Assembly: GCA_965218435.1 (NCBI GenBank)
Contig: CBDCKW010000005.1
Location: forward strand, 288,001 to 352,000
Direction of reading: 5' to 3'
DNA: 64,000 bases
DNA from: Truepera sp.
GTDB lineage: Bacteria > Deinococcota > Deinococci > Deinococcales > Trueperaceae
Both the position numbers and the translations under genes were made by a program. The notes under the pieces were generated by a model that worked only from the letters and a program-made list of their open reading frames with translations, did no database searches and was not told where the DNA came from. Positions 51,264 to 60,928 of this stretch are shown here, one piece after another (the stretch's first letter is position 1; each line of letters opens with the position of its first letter).

Positions 51264-51267
51264 TCGA

Positions 51268-52564
51268 GATTCCGGAAGAGCCGCTAAAACGGAGACCAAG
51301 TTAAGCCTCTGCTGCACAATGGGAGGCGAGATGAAAGAACGCAGGGTCTACACCGCAGAATTCAAGCGCGAAGCGGTCCGGCTGAGCGACCAAGCCGGCG
51401 TCAGCGTGGTTCAGGTTGCCCAGGAGCTGGGCGTATCCGACTACAGCCTCTACAAGTGGCGCAAACAGGCGAGGGCGAGCGGCGAGTTGGCCTTTCCGGG
51501 GAACGGCAAGGTCGCTTTGACCGCTGAGCAGCAGGAGAACGTACGCTTGAAGCGGGAGCTCGAGCGGGTAACGCAGGAGCGTGACATCTTAAAAAAAGCG
51601 GTCAAGTTCTTTGCCGGGGAAAGCAAGTGAAATATGCCTTCATCAAGGAACACCGCGGCTCTTGGGCTGTCAGCTTGATGACCGGGGTGTTGGCGGTGTC
51701 GGTCAGCGGTTTCTACGACTGGTTGCGGCGGGGGCAGAGCAAGCGAGCCAAGGAAGACGAAACGCTGAGCGAGAAGATCGTGATGTTCCACTGTGGGGAA
51801 CTAGGCCCACGAGGGCCGGGCTTTGCCCGTTCTAGAGCCGCTTTACCTACGGTTCGCCGCGCATCCACAAGGACCTACGAGCTGCCGGACACAACGTCGG
51901 GCGCAAGCGTGTGGCCCGTCTGATGCGCTCAGCCAGCATCAGGGGCAAAACGAAACGGAAGTTCAAGACCACCACAACCTCCCAGCACGCGCGCCCTGAG
52001 GCGGTAAATCTCGTCGAGCAGAACTTCGATGTGGCAACCCCCAACACCCTCTGGGCCAGCGATATCACCTACCTGCCCACAGCCGAGGGCTGGTTGTACC
52101 TGGCCGTGACGCTCGACCTCTTCAGCCGCAAAGTCGTTGGCTGGGCCTTCTCCGACAGACTCACCGATGACCTCACCCTCTCGGCGCTGACGATGGCGAC
52201 GCGGCAGCGGCCCGATACGGCGACACTGACGCATCATTCGGACGGCGGGTCGCAATACGCCAGCCGCGCCTTTAGAGCCGAACTGAGGGCCAACCACATC
52301 ATGCAGAGTATGTCGGGTAAGGGCAACTGCTACGACAATGCCGTCGTCGAATCGTTCTTCGCCACCCTGAAAACCGAGGAGGTCGAGGGTGCACACTACG
52401 AAACCCGCCAACAGGCTAAAACCAGCATCTTCAGCTACCTCGAGGGCTTCTATAACACTAAGCGCAGGCACTCTTCCCTGGGGTTTCTATCTCCTAACGA
52501 CTTCGAACGAGTACACTTCGCTAGAGCTGCTTAACTACGACTCCGCGAAAATGGCTCAATATCA
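51268..52564 (+). mobile_element. IS3-family element with orfB disrupted by a 38-nt insertion
   Basis: OrfA YTAEFKREAV and OrfB WASDITY, HHSDGGSQY, DNAVVESFF. Right end ...CAATATCA. The probable left IR (TGACATT at 49510) is split by IS1182. Confidence 0.9.
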
Positions 52565-52650
52565 AAGGCAGATGTACGGGCGTGCTAGCTTCGATCTCCT
52601 GAGAAAAAAGGTTCTGTTGGCAACCTAATCACACCTTTTGCGGCAGAGCC
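52565..52650 (+). mobile_element. ISL3 right-end remnant
   Basis: RQMYGRASFDLLRKKVLL* followed by IR ...GCGGCAGAGCC. Confidence 0.8.
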
Positions 52651-52972
52651 AAAGTTACAGACCAAGCCCAAAGCATCACTGTATGAAGCCTTTGAACCCA
52701 AAGAGGCGCACCGACTTGCCGCAAAGCTCGAGTTACACCACACGTCTAAGCATGGCAGTTGGCTAAACGCCGTTGAAATTGAGTTTGCCGCGCTCAGCAA
52801 GCAGTGTCTGGACAGGCGTATCGCTGACCTGGCTTTACTCACCCAAGAGGTACGTGCCTGGACGCTCGAACGCAATCTGCTGGGCACGAAAGTCAACTGG
52901 CAATTCACGACCACTGATGCGCGTATCAATTTGGCTCGGCTTTATCCTGTAAACCTTTGTTGACGGACTACT
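52651..52972 (+). mobile_element. IS630-family C-terminal remnant
   Basis: SLYEAF...HTSKHGSWLNAVEIE...VNWQFTT.DAR..L.RLYP. Confidence 0.8.
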
Positions 52973-53024
52973 AATGGCTATCCTTGACACCTCTATAGCA
53001 AGTATTGCTACAAAACTTAAGCAC

Positions 53025-53279
53025 TTAGGGCTGAAGGTAGAACACCATACCCGCATGATAGAGCACGCCGTCCCTAAAGTCTCCGTCCGCCGTAAAACCC
53101 GTATCGTCCCAGTACTCGATATGGTCGCCGGTGACTTCGTAGCGCCCCTGATATGCACTTTCTTTAGCGCCGCGCGCCTCGTCATAACGACCGTTCGGCA
53201 AAAGCTCGTGACGTATCCGGCCATCCGCCGTTACCCACATTCCGACATAAGGATGCGTCACCGCAGCTCCCGTCATCAC
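53025..53279 (-). CDS. Atu4866-domain protein
   Basis: HPYVGMWVTADGRIRHELLPNGRYDEARG...YWDDTGFTADG. Confidence 0.85.
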   Translation of the reverse strand: MMTGAAVTHPYVGMWVTADGRIRHELLPNGRYDEARGAKESAYQGRYEVTGDHIEYWDDTGFTADGDFRDGVLYHAGMVFYLQP

Positions 53280-53857
53280 GGCGCGTTCTGCCTCTCGAAC
53301 AGCGGGGCAATCTCTTCGGGTTGAACGGTCCAGGCATAGTTGAGTTCATGGTGGATTTTCCATTCATTGCCGTTGCACGTCCAACCGAGCTGCGACCGGC
53401 CATCAAAAGCGATGACCTGACCGTCAAGGCGGTTGATCTGACCGACAAAACCCAATGTCGTAGAGGCGACCGTACCGCTGACAAGTTCGTCATCACCACC
53501 TGTCAGGGCGTGCCGGACCGAACGCGCGGCGTTTTGCAGGTCTTCCCAGTTCGCACCGTACGTTGCGCTATCGGTGAAGAGCTGCGTATCGCCCGGTGCG
53601 AAGTTGTCGTAGAACACGCCCGTAGGGTGCTCGAGATCGTAGTAACGCGCCATCTTCTTTGCAAAGGCGAACTCAGGATCACCCTCCCGGCGCTCCCAGC
53701 CTTCCATGATCCAGTCGGTGTGAAGCGCAAGTGGGGCGTTCGGTCCGGCTTGGGCACAAACATTTTCTTGCGCTAGCGCAGGACGAGACGTTCCTAGAAC
53801 GGTCAGCGCGACCACTGACAAGGTAGCTATTACCAACCTGATCCTTCTGTAAATCAT
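53276..53857 (-). CDS. Exported NTF2/SnoaL-like protein
   Basis: Signal peptide and a WKIHHE C-terminal motif. Confidence 0.7.
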   Translation of the reverse strand: MIYRRIRLVIATLSVVALTVLGTSRPALAQENVCAQAGPNAPLALHTDWIMEGWERREGDPEFAFAKKMARYYDLEHPTGVFYDNFAPGDTQLFTDSATYGANWEDLQNAARSVRHALTGGDDELVSGTVASTTLGFVGQINRLDGQVIAFDGRSQLGWTCNGNEWKIHHELNYAWTVQPEEIAPLFERQNAP

Positions 53858-54016
53858 AGGTGTTTTCCTCCGTGTCAGGTGAAATCCCTGACAACCACTA
53901 TGATCGCGTCAGGGAGCCCAAAACGGATAGACCAAAGCCGCAGAATTATTGCACAATCTTCCAGCAGTGCCCGGTTTGAAACAGGCGCAAACAGCTGAGG
54001 GCGCTAAAGTAACCCT

Positions 54017-54970
54017 ATGATCGAAGCGATACCCAAGGAGCTTTTTAAGGTTACGAACCCTCCTGTGCTAAACCGACAAAACGAGCTGGCCCGTTTGCTT
54101 GATGAGCAAGTGACTGAAGACGGCGTTTATCCGACCACTATCCCCCGAGTTTCACTGATCCGTATGTCCAGACCGACCGAACCCCTCTACACGCTGCACA
54201 CACCTGCACTTTGCATCGTCGCTCAGGGTCAAAAGCAGGTGCTGCTGGGCGACGAGGTTTACCGCTATGACCATAACCAATACCTAATCGCCTCTGCTGA
54301 GTTGCCAGTGATCGGTCAAGTCACCCAAGCTTCGCCGGAAGCGCCTTACTTGTGTTTCCAGCTCGACTTTGACGCTACGATGCTCAGCGAACTGATGCTC
54401 GAGGCTAAATTAGCAGCGCCGAGTGACCAACCAGATTCAGGGTTGACCTTAGCTTCGGCGGCTGCTGCCCCGGACCTTCTTAGTGCGGCAGTTAGGCTTC
54501 TGCGCTTGCTCAAAACGCCCCAAGACCTCCCCTTCCTGGCACCCCTTACCGAACGCGAACTGCTCTACCGTTTGCTCACCGGTGAACAAGCCCAAAAGTT
54601 GCGGCAGATTGCCCTGGCTAGCAGTAAGTTGCAAAGAGTCAACCGGGCGATCAGCTGGCTTAAAGAACACTACCGTGAACCGTTCCGTGTCGAGACGCTC
54701 GCCGCGGAAGCTCATATGAGCCCCTCAGCGCTGCATCAACATTTCAAAGCGGTCACTTCAATGAGTCCCCTGCGGTATCAAAAGCAGTTGCGTTTGCAAG
54801 AGGCGCGGCGGCTGATTTTGGGAACGTCAGTAGACGTAGCTAGTGCTGGTTTTAGCGTGGGTTATGACAGTCCTTCGCAGTTCAGCCGTGAATATCGCCG
54901 TTTATTTGGTGCGCCGCCGCTGCGCGATACGGCTGAGCTAAAAGCGTTACAGATGCAACCGAAGACCTAA
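54017..54970 (+). CDS. AraC-family regulator (AraC_N type)
   Basis: LCIVAQGQK, MSPLRYQKQLRLQEAR, VGYDSPSQFSREY. Confidence 0.92.
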   Translation: MIEAIPKELFKVTNPPVLNRQNELARLLDEQVTEDGVYPTTIPRVSLIRMSRPTEPLYTLHTPALCIVAQGQKQVLLGDEVYRYDHNQYLIASAELPVIGQVTQASPEAPYLCFQLDFDATMLSELMLEAKLAAPSDQPDSGLTLASAAAAPDLLSAAVRLLRLLKTPQDLPFLAPLTERELLYRLLTGEQAQKLRQIALASSKLQRVNRAISWLKEHYREPFRVETLAAEAHMSPSALHQHFKAVTSMSPLRYQKQLRLQEARRLILGTSVDVASAGFSVGYDSPSQFSREYRRLFGAPPLRDTAELKALQMQPKT

Positions 54971-55139
54971 TTGAGGAAACTCGATTAACGTGGACAACAT
55001 GCCTGACGCACCCGCTCAGTTCGAACAGCTCCGGCCCTTCAGCTCCACTCGAGACCGCAACCTCTAAGCCATAGAACGCCTGCGACAAACCGGCCTCTAT
55101 GAAAGAGCTTTTGTTTACTGCGGTGCTGGCTATGATTGT

Positions 55140-56475
55140 ACCCCTTGAATCCGAGTCGGGCCTCCATACGCACTCGCGGTGCAGTTTGGGATCCGTAGGG
55201 GTGGGAGCTGCTACCCAACAAGCGACCTGAGGGGGTCGGCCGAATAGTGACGCAGTCTCCCGGATACGACGTCGTAGTAGGGCAAGAAGATACTTTAGCT
55301 AGAAGCCATCTCAAAAACGAACTTACGGCTGCATAACTGTTAAAACAGCGGAATGGAACTCACCGATGAACAGTGGACGATACTCGAGCCACTTATTCCC
55401 GAGCCAATTCGACGCAAAGATGGCAAAGGTCGTCCTAGACGAGAGCCACGAGAAGTGCTTGAAGGTATCTGCTGGATTTTACGAACGGGCGCACAATGGG
55501 CTGATTTACCTGAACGTTATCCGCCGTACCAAACGTGTCATCGGCGCTTTCAAGAATGGGAGAGAAACGGCGTACTTCAAGGGGTTTTGGAGACCTTAGC
55601 GCAAGATTTAGAAGAACGCGGCGAACTTGACTTAAGCGAGTGTTTCATAGACGGCACCTTTGTCGCTGCTAAAAAGGGGGGTCAGCAATTGGTAAGACTA
55701 AACGGGGCAGAAGAGCCTTCAGCAGGGCGTATCATGCCGTCATCAACACCCATTGCGTCTATGACCAGATGCTACCTGCTGCTAACGGCTCTCTGGTAGC
55801 AAAGTCATGGCGGTATCAGACGCTGCTGGTACTTGCCTCGCCTTGCACGTTACATCTGCTTCACCACATGAAGTCAAGCTGGTACACGCGACTCTCGCAT
55901 CTCGACACGTCAGCGGCAAGCCTAAAAAGTTAATCGGTGATAAGGCGTATGACAGCGACCCGCTCGATGCTGAGCTAGCCGAAACGGGCGTTGAGATGAT
56001 TGCGCCCCATAGAAGAAACCGTAAAAAAGTAAAGACGCAAGACGGACGCAAACTAAGACGCTACAAAAGGCGCTGGAAGATTGAACGGCTCTTTGCCCAC
56101 CTTGGCAACTTTCGCCGCTTAGTCGTTCGTTATGAACACTATTCCCAAAACTTCTTGGCTTTCCTGCAGCTCGGTTGCATTAAATTACTGCTTAGGCGTT
56201 TTTGAGATGGCTTCTAGTCGGGACTAACAGGCGGTTGCTGTTATAGAACAGGTCGTAGACCTCACCGGTTGTCCATAACCGGTAGCGTAAGACGGCGAGT
56301 TTCCGGGCTACGGCTCAGTACACCCACTAGGGCGGGTCCCGTGACCCTGATACGATGACAGCGCGATTCCTACTTTTAGGACCTCCTTTATCGAGGAGCT
56401 TAAGTCCGAAACGCTTGAGGTCGCAGTCTGGCCCATAGCGCGCCAGCTGATACTGCACGGCTTGCTCGAGTAGCG
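55140..56475 (-). mobile_element. IS110-family remnant: transposase C-terminus plus long downstream non-coding end, interrupted by IS5
   Basis: LLEQAVQY..ARYGPDCDLKRFGLKL...RAVI|AVARKLAVL.YRLWTTGEVY. After removing IS5 the gene stops and is followed by a structured end of about 150 nt. Confidence 0.75.
55299..56217 (+). mobile_element. IS5-family (IS427-like) element with two-ORF frameshift transposase
   Basis: Ends CTAGAAGCCATCTCAAAAACG / CGTTTTTGAGATGGCTTCTAG. LTDEQW, an AAAAAGGGGGG slip site, GDKAYD, RWKIER. Carries an insertion at 55709-55794. Confidence 0.92.
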
Positions 56476-56689
56476 GCGTTAGCTCGACCCTGTCGCTCCG
56501 CCCCTGCCGGACCCCGCCGGCCCACGTTACCCATTCGGCCCTACTAGGACAAGCTTCACATCTCTCACGTGGTGGCACTTCGTCGCTCTACCCGTCACGT
56601 AGACGCTGACCGTGACCCGCTCGAAACAAAACCCCCAAACAACCACAAAATACATCTTATTAAGACGTACAGCCCTGCCCCGCCACCCC

Positions 56690-56922
56690 TTGAAGAGAGT
56701 TTTGTTGGGCGTATTCTCGATGTCGACCGGAGCGTCGTGAGGACTTGGGGACGTATCCAGGCAGAGGCGAAACGGCAGGGCCGTACCCCACCAGCGATCG
56801 ACGCACTAATTGCAGCCACGGCCATCACCCATGAGCTAGTGCTGGTCACTCGGAATATTGAGGACGTGGCCGCACTCCCCGTCGAGACGTTGAATCCTTG
56901 GATGTTTGGAGACAGTGAATGA
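56690..56922 (+). pseudogene. VapC/PIN toxin C-terminal fragment
   Basis: GRILDVD...IDALIAATA..H.LVLVTRN..D...NPW. Confidence 0.8.
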
Positions 56923-57485
56923 GCGACATCGGGGAGAGGATGATTCGTGAGTTGCAGGCGATTTGTAAGGTACCCGAGGCTTCTCAAACGCTAGGATTTA
57001 GTAAGAAAGCGCAACCGGTTTATGTGTTCGTCAAGCATTCACCAGAGAGCCTCTGGTACAACCGGGATAAAGCAGTAGGGGAGAACGTACCGATTCTCGA
57101 GCGTGACCTGACCGGCTACCTGGTCAACCTCTGGCGGTATGAAAGACAAGACGACGCGACGGGTGAAGGAGTACCCAAACTCAACATCCAGGTCAGGGCC
57201 GATCAAGACTATGTGATTCAGTCGGGCTTCTCGACGAACTTCGCCCGCACTTTTCTCGCTGGCGTGTTGGAGCTCGAGCCTGGAGCCCTTAAAGAGCCGC
57301 TGACGCTGATCGTCGAGGACAACGCGGGCTCGAAAGCCAGACCTACCGTTTTTTGCCGGGTTGAGTCTAAAGGCCAGCGGATGACGCCGACGCTAAACCG
57401 CGAGACCAAGGCTGAAACACTTTACGATAAGGTTGTCCAGAAATTTGGCTTTGACAATCCGTATGCGGTGGGGGAGAACGACTAA
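56919..57485 (+). CDS. Hypothetical protein
   Basis: 188-aa ORF with GGAGA RBS and an ATGA overlap with the upstream stop. Confidence 0.7.
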   Translation: MSDIGERMIRELQAICKVPEASQTLGFSKKAQPVYVFVKHSPESLWYNRDKAVGENVPILERDLTGYLVNLWRYERQDDATGEGVPKLNIQVRADQDYVIQSGFSTNFARTFLAGVLELEPGALKEPLTLIVEDNAGSKARPTVFCRVESKGQRMTPTLNRETKAETLYDKVVQKFGFDNPYAVGEND

Positions 57486-57818
57486 CTATGTCAGGTTTGC
57501 GTTCTATGAGGTAGACCAAGTGGCTGGGATGTAGCCCGGTTACCTGACTGTACAGGATTACATTACCTTCCGAGATTCGCTGTTCTCTTCGGCGCGGCTG
57601 AAGTTGACGCAAGCAGGAAGCGTAACTCACGAGAGCGGCGTAAAGACAGGATGGAGGACAAGCTCGAGGCGCTCGTGCGCTTCTTTTGCCCTGAACCGAC
57701 AGGAGCTTTACGTAAAAAACTAGTGCCTACGCTTCAACCTGTTTAGGCGTCATTCTAAAAGCGGCATCTATATCCAAGAATGGAGTATAGTTACTTCAGA
57801 ATAGGAGTGCCTACCAAT

Positions 57819-58274
57819 ATGACGCTCGATGCCCCCATTTTTACTCCAACCCGCCGACCGAATACCTTACCTGGCCTACGAATACTTGGCCTTAGCGCCC
57901 GAAACGAAGTTCAGCTCGTTGAGATGCTTGGAGGTGGAATAGAGGCAGAACGCGCCGAGCAGCTGGCACAGTATCTAGACGTAAGCCTGACGGAACTACT
58001 CGAGCTGACCGGTATCAAAAGTAGTACCTACCACGACCGGAAGAAAAAGAGGAAACCTTTGTCTGCTGAGGAGTCAGAACGCCTCTACCGCCTAGCTAAG
58101 CTCGCTGAAGCAGCCGAAGCGTACTTTGAAGACAAATCTGCCGCGCGGCGCTGGTTAGAACACCCGAAAGTCGCCCTTGGAGGTAAATCTCCTCTGGTGT
58201 TTGGGCGTACGGCCGAGGGGTCGGCTTACGTACTGGCGTTACTTGGGCGGATGGCATATGGGGTCATTTCCTGA
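57819..58274 (+). CDS. Xre/MbcA/ParS antitoxin
   Basis: LSAEESERLYR, WLEHPKVALGGKSP, LLGRMAYGVIS. Confidence 0.9.
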   Translation: MTLDAPIFTPTRRPNTLPGLRILGLSARNEVQLVEMLGGGIEAERAEQLAQYLDVSLTELLELTGIKSSTYHDRKKKRKPLSAEESERLYRLAKLAEAAEAYFEDKSAARRWLEHPKVALGGKSPLVFGRTAEGSAYVLALLGRMAYGVIS

Positions 58275-58771
58275 GCGTTGTCCCCACCTACCGGATCAGC
58301 GATGCACGTTACAGAGACAGCACCCTCTCTGGCATGGGGGCTTACCTTTATGGGGGCCGCTGGAACAGTCTGGGGCAGTATGTGGTCTACGCCAGTGGTA
58401 ACCTCAGCCTGGCGATGCTCGAGGTGCTCGTTCATATCGACGACGCCGAGGCGTTCGCTAGGCAAGCGCATGTCTACCAGCGTTTGAGTTTTGACAGAAC
58501 CCAAGTTGCGGTGATCGATGAAGCCGCCTTACCTGAGGACTGGAACGCTCGTCCGGAAAGCATTGAGACCCGAGGTATCGGTGATGAGTGGCTGGCGCGA
58601 CAGGAAACTCCAGTCTTGGCGGTGCCGAGCGTCGTAGTTCCCGCCGAACTACGTTTTGAGCAGGAATACTTGAACTACCTCTTTAATTCACGGCACCCTG
58701 ATTTCGGTGCCTCCATAAAGGTCGGCGAGCTTCGAACTCTAGACTGGGATCCACGGTTTAAGCGGGAATAA
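58271..58771 (+). CDS. RES-domain toxin, probable CTG start
   Basis: In-frame YRISDARY...LSGMGAYLYGGRWNS lies upstream of the first ATG. CTGA overlaps the antitoxin stop. Confidence 0.85.
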   Translation: MSVVPTYRISDARYRDSTLSGMGAYLYGGRWNSLGQYVVYASGNLSLAMLEVLVHIDDAEAFARQAHVYQRLSFDRTQVAVIDEAALPEDWNARPESIETRGIGDEWLARQETPVLAVPSVVVPAELRFEQEYLNYLFNSRHPDFGASIKVGELRTLDWDPRFKRE

Positions 58772-58959
58772 CACGATCTACAAATTCAATCAGACCTTTA
58801 GCGGTTTGTGCTGACCTGCTTATTTCTCGGATTCAACAGCTCCTTAAAATACGGTTCGATTCCTGAAACGAAAGCTACCTTGAATTGCCCATAAGTGAAT
58901 CCGCGTCGGCACATACGGCTGACTAGATATGCGGCGGTCGCCAGCTTGCTTTAGCCGAA

Positions 58960-59067
58960 GAGACAGGGGAGCAATCCCACAGGGGCGTCGTGCTCTACAC
59001 TGGCGATCAGACCGTCCCGTTCGTGAAGGACCTCTACGCCTTGCCTATCGCCAGTTTATGGGGATAA
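58960..59067 (+). pseudogene. C-terminal remnant of an AAA ATPase/DUF4143 protein
   Basis: GVVLYTGDQTVPF..DLYALPIASLW*. Confidence 0.55.
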
Positions 59068-59097
59068 ATGGGTTGCTCTCACAAACTGTATACCTTA

Positions 59098-59440
59098 TTA
59101 GAGTACCTGTTTTCTATCTAAAGAGAAAAAGTCTAGTAAAACCCCGACAACAGCTTTCGCTTCTGGCTCGAGCCGCTTCAGAGTCGTTACAGCGGTAGCA
59201 TAGCCGTAGTTCTCAAACTTCTTTGCCGATGCGAAAAGGTTTCGGCTGACCTCTTTACTGGCGAAGTAGTCTGCCAGGCTCACAACGGGGTACCGGTTAA
59301 GTTGTTCAGCGATCTCTTGTGCAAGCGCCGCGCTCTCACTGCTCGGAGGGCCGTCGACCCTCTTTGAGGCCACGAGCCCCAAAGCCATGTTGACGATTTC
59401 GTTGGCTCGCTCTTTCACTGACGCGCCGTACTTTACAACC
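59098..59440 (-). pseudogene. Unknown gene C-terminal fragment abutting IS6
   Basis: Protein-like ORF whose 5' end runs into the IS6 remnant. Confidence 0.4.
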
Positions 59441-60263
59441 ATCGCTGGCCGAGCGACGTCATCGCGATGGCGGTGCGCTGGTATTTCTGCTACCGGCTGT
59501 CAGGTGCTAACGTCCGCGACCTGCTGGCCGAGCGCGGCATGGACGTAAGCAAGCAGACGGTGGCGGGCTGGGTACAGAAGTTCGCTGTTTTCCTGGCAGA
59601 AGCTGGCCGACGCTACGCCAGACCGCTCGGCAGGTGCTGGTTCGTGGACGAAACGTACGTGTGAGTGGGTAAGGCGTAGGCGTATTTGTACCGCGCCGTG
59701 GACGAGGCGGGACGGTCGTAGACGTATAGAACGGGCAACCTTTGGCCGGGCCGTTGGCCCTAGTTCGCTGCTGCGCGAGAAACGTGACTTAGAGAGTGCC
59801 GAAGCGTTCTTCGTGCAAGCGATTAAACGGCGTGGCGTCGTTCCGGATGAGGTCGTCACCGACAAGCACCGGGCGTACCTTCGAGCTGTACGCCGGCACG
59901 CGCTGAACGCTAAGCGCCGCCGCACAGGGCTACACCGCAGGCGAGCGCTGACTACCAAACCAATCGAGCGCTCGCATGTTCCCATCAAAGACCGAGTAAA
60001 GCCGATGCGCTGTTTGGGCTTGGTCGCAACCGGGCAACGTTTACTGGAGGGCGCTGAGCTGGCTCAAGCCGTGAGGTGTGGCGATATCCGTCCACCCGGC
60101 CGAGGTGATCCAAGCTTGGTGCACGAGAGTGCAAGGCTCGAAGTGACGACGTTTTCTTGGCTTTCGTCGGAGTTGCGAACCGTAGCCTGAGCCGCGTAGG
60201 GAATGAACCTCGTCTTAAGAGCAGTTCAGCGTCCTCGTTACCCCAGCACAACTTTACAGTCTC
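59440..60263 (+). mobile_element. IS6-family pseudogene
   Basis: AVRWY, W.VDETYV, YLYRAVD, VTDK, IERSH..IK. Contains stops, a 1-nt deletion and a 41-nt insertion. Confidence 0.88.
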
Positions 60264-60284
60264 ATACGCCTGGGTCAGGTCTGT

Positions 60285-60905
60285 TCAAAAGGCCAAATCG
60301 CTCTTACGAAACTTTTCCTCTAAGAACCTGCCGTTGATCAGCAGCCGGTCGGTATCGTTTTGGTGAAGGTCAACGACAATATCTTTAAGCGTCGTGTCTA
60401 ACAGCTCGAGCTGTCCTAAAAGCAGCTGCTGCGCCGTTTTGCCGTCTTTGACGGTGTGTAATCTGGCAAAAGCGGGCGGTAAGTTGAGGTAGGTCTCGAG
60501 CGTCTCCGGCAGGTATTCGAGCGCGGTTTGCTTAACGATGTAAGCATGGTGCGTATATGCGCCGTCACGAGTGAGCGTCGGCAACACCTCCAAGACTGAA
60601 CTTTGAATGCTCAAAACGTGCCCCAACACTTCTTTAGGTACTCGGTTTTTGACGTTAGCGACGAGCCCCTCCAGCTCTCCTTTTATCTCCGCCGCGTCAA
60701 GCTGGCTTTTAAGGTGCAGGTCAACCGGCTGGTTTTTAGGTGTCACAAGGTAGCCGACGGCGTAAAGCCCCACCACGATAAAAAACCAAAACGCCCCAAT
60801 CACCCCGGTAAAAAAGAGCAGCAGTCCGACGAGCCCAAGCGCCGCGCCGACGATATTGGGCGTGCTATAGAGGAAAAAGAGCAGGCGTTTCTGCCCTTTA
60901 CTCAT
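60285..60905 (-). CDS. Membrane-anchored helical protein (XpaC-like partner of TelA)
   Basis: Two N-terminal TM segments, YLPETLETYL.LP, RFLEEKF. Confidence 0.75.
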   Translation of the reverse strand: MSKGQKRLLFFLYSTPNIVGAALGLVGLLLFFTGVIGAFWFFIVVGLYAVGYLVTPKNQPVDLHLKSQLDAAEIKGELEGLVANVKNRVPKEVLGHVLSIQSSVLEVLPTLTRDGAYTHHAYIVKQTALEYLPETLETYLNLPPAFARLHTVKDGKTAQQLLLGQLELLDTTLKDIVVDLHQNDTDRLLINGRFLEEKFRKSDLAF

Positions 60906-60928
60906 AGAGCACGCTCACGAACGGCAGC

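Noticed and set aside
57476..57508. GAAC...GTTC-TAT as another micro-insertion
   Set aside because: The internal hairpins are poor and there is no empty-site evidence.
165..59680. Amber recoding, suggested by in-frame TAGs in the PIN, RM, RT, GH3 and IS6 genes
   Set aside because: The replaced residues differ (apparently W and S), several of these genes carry other lesions, and intact genes terminate at TAG. Ordinary pseudogenisation explains it.
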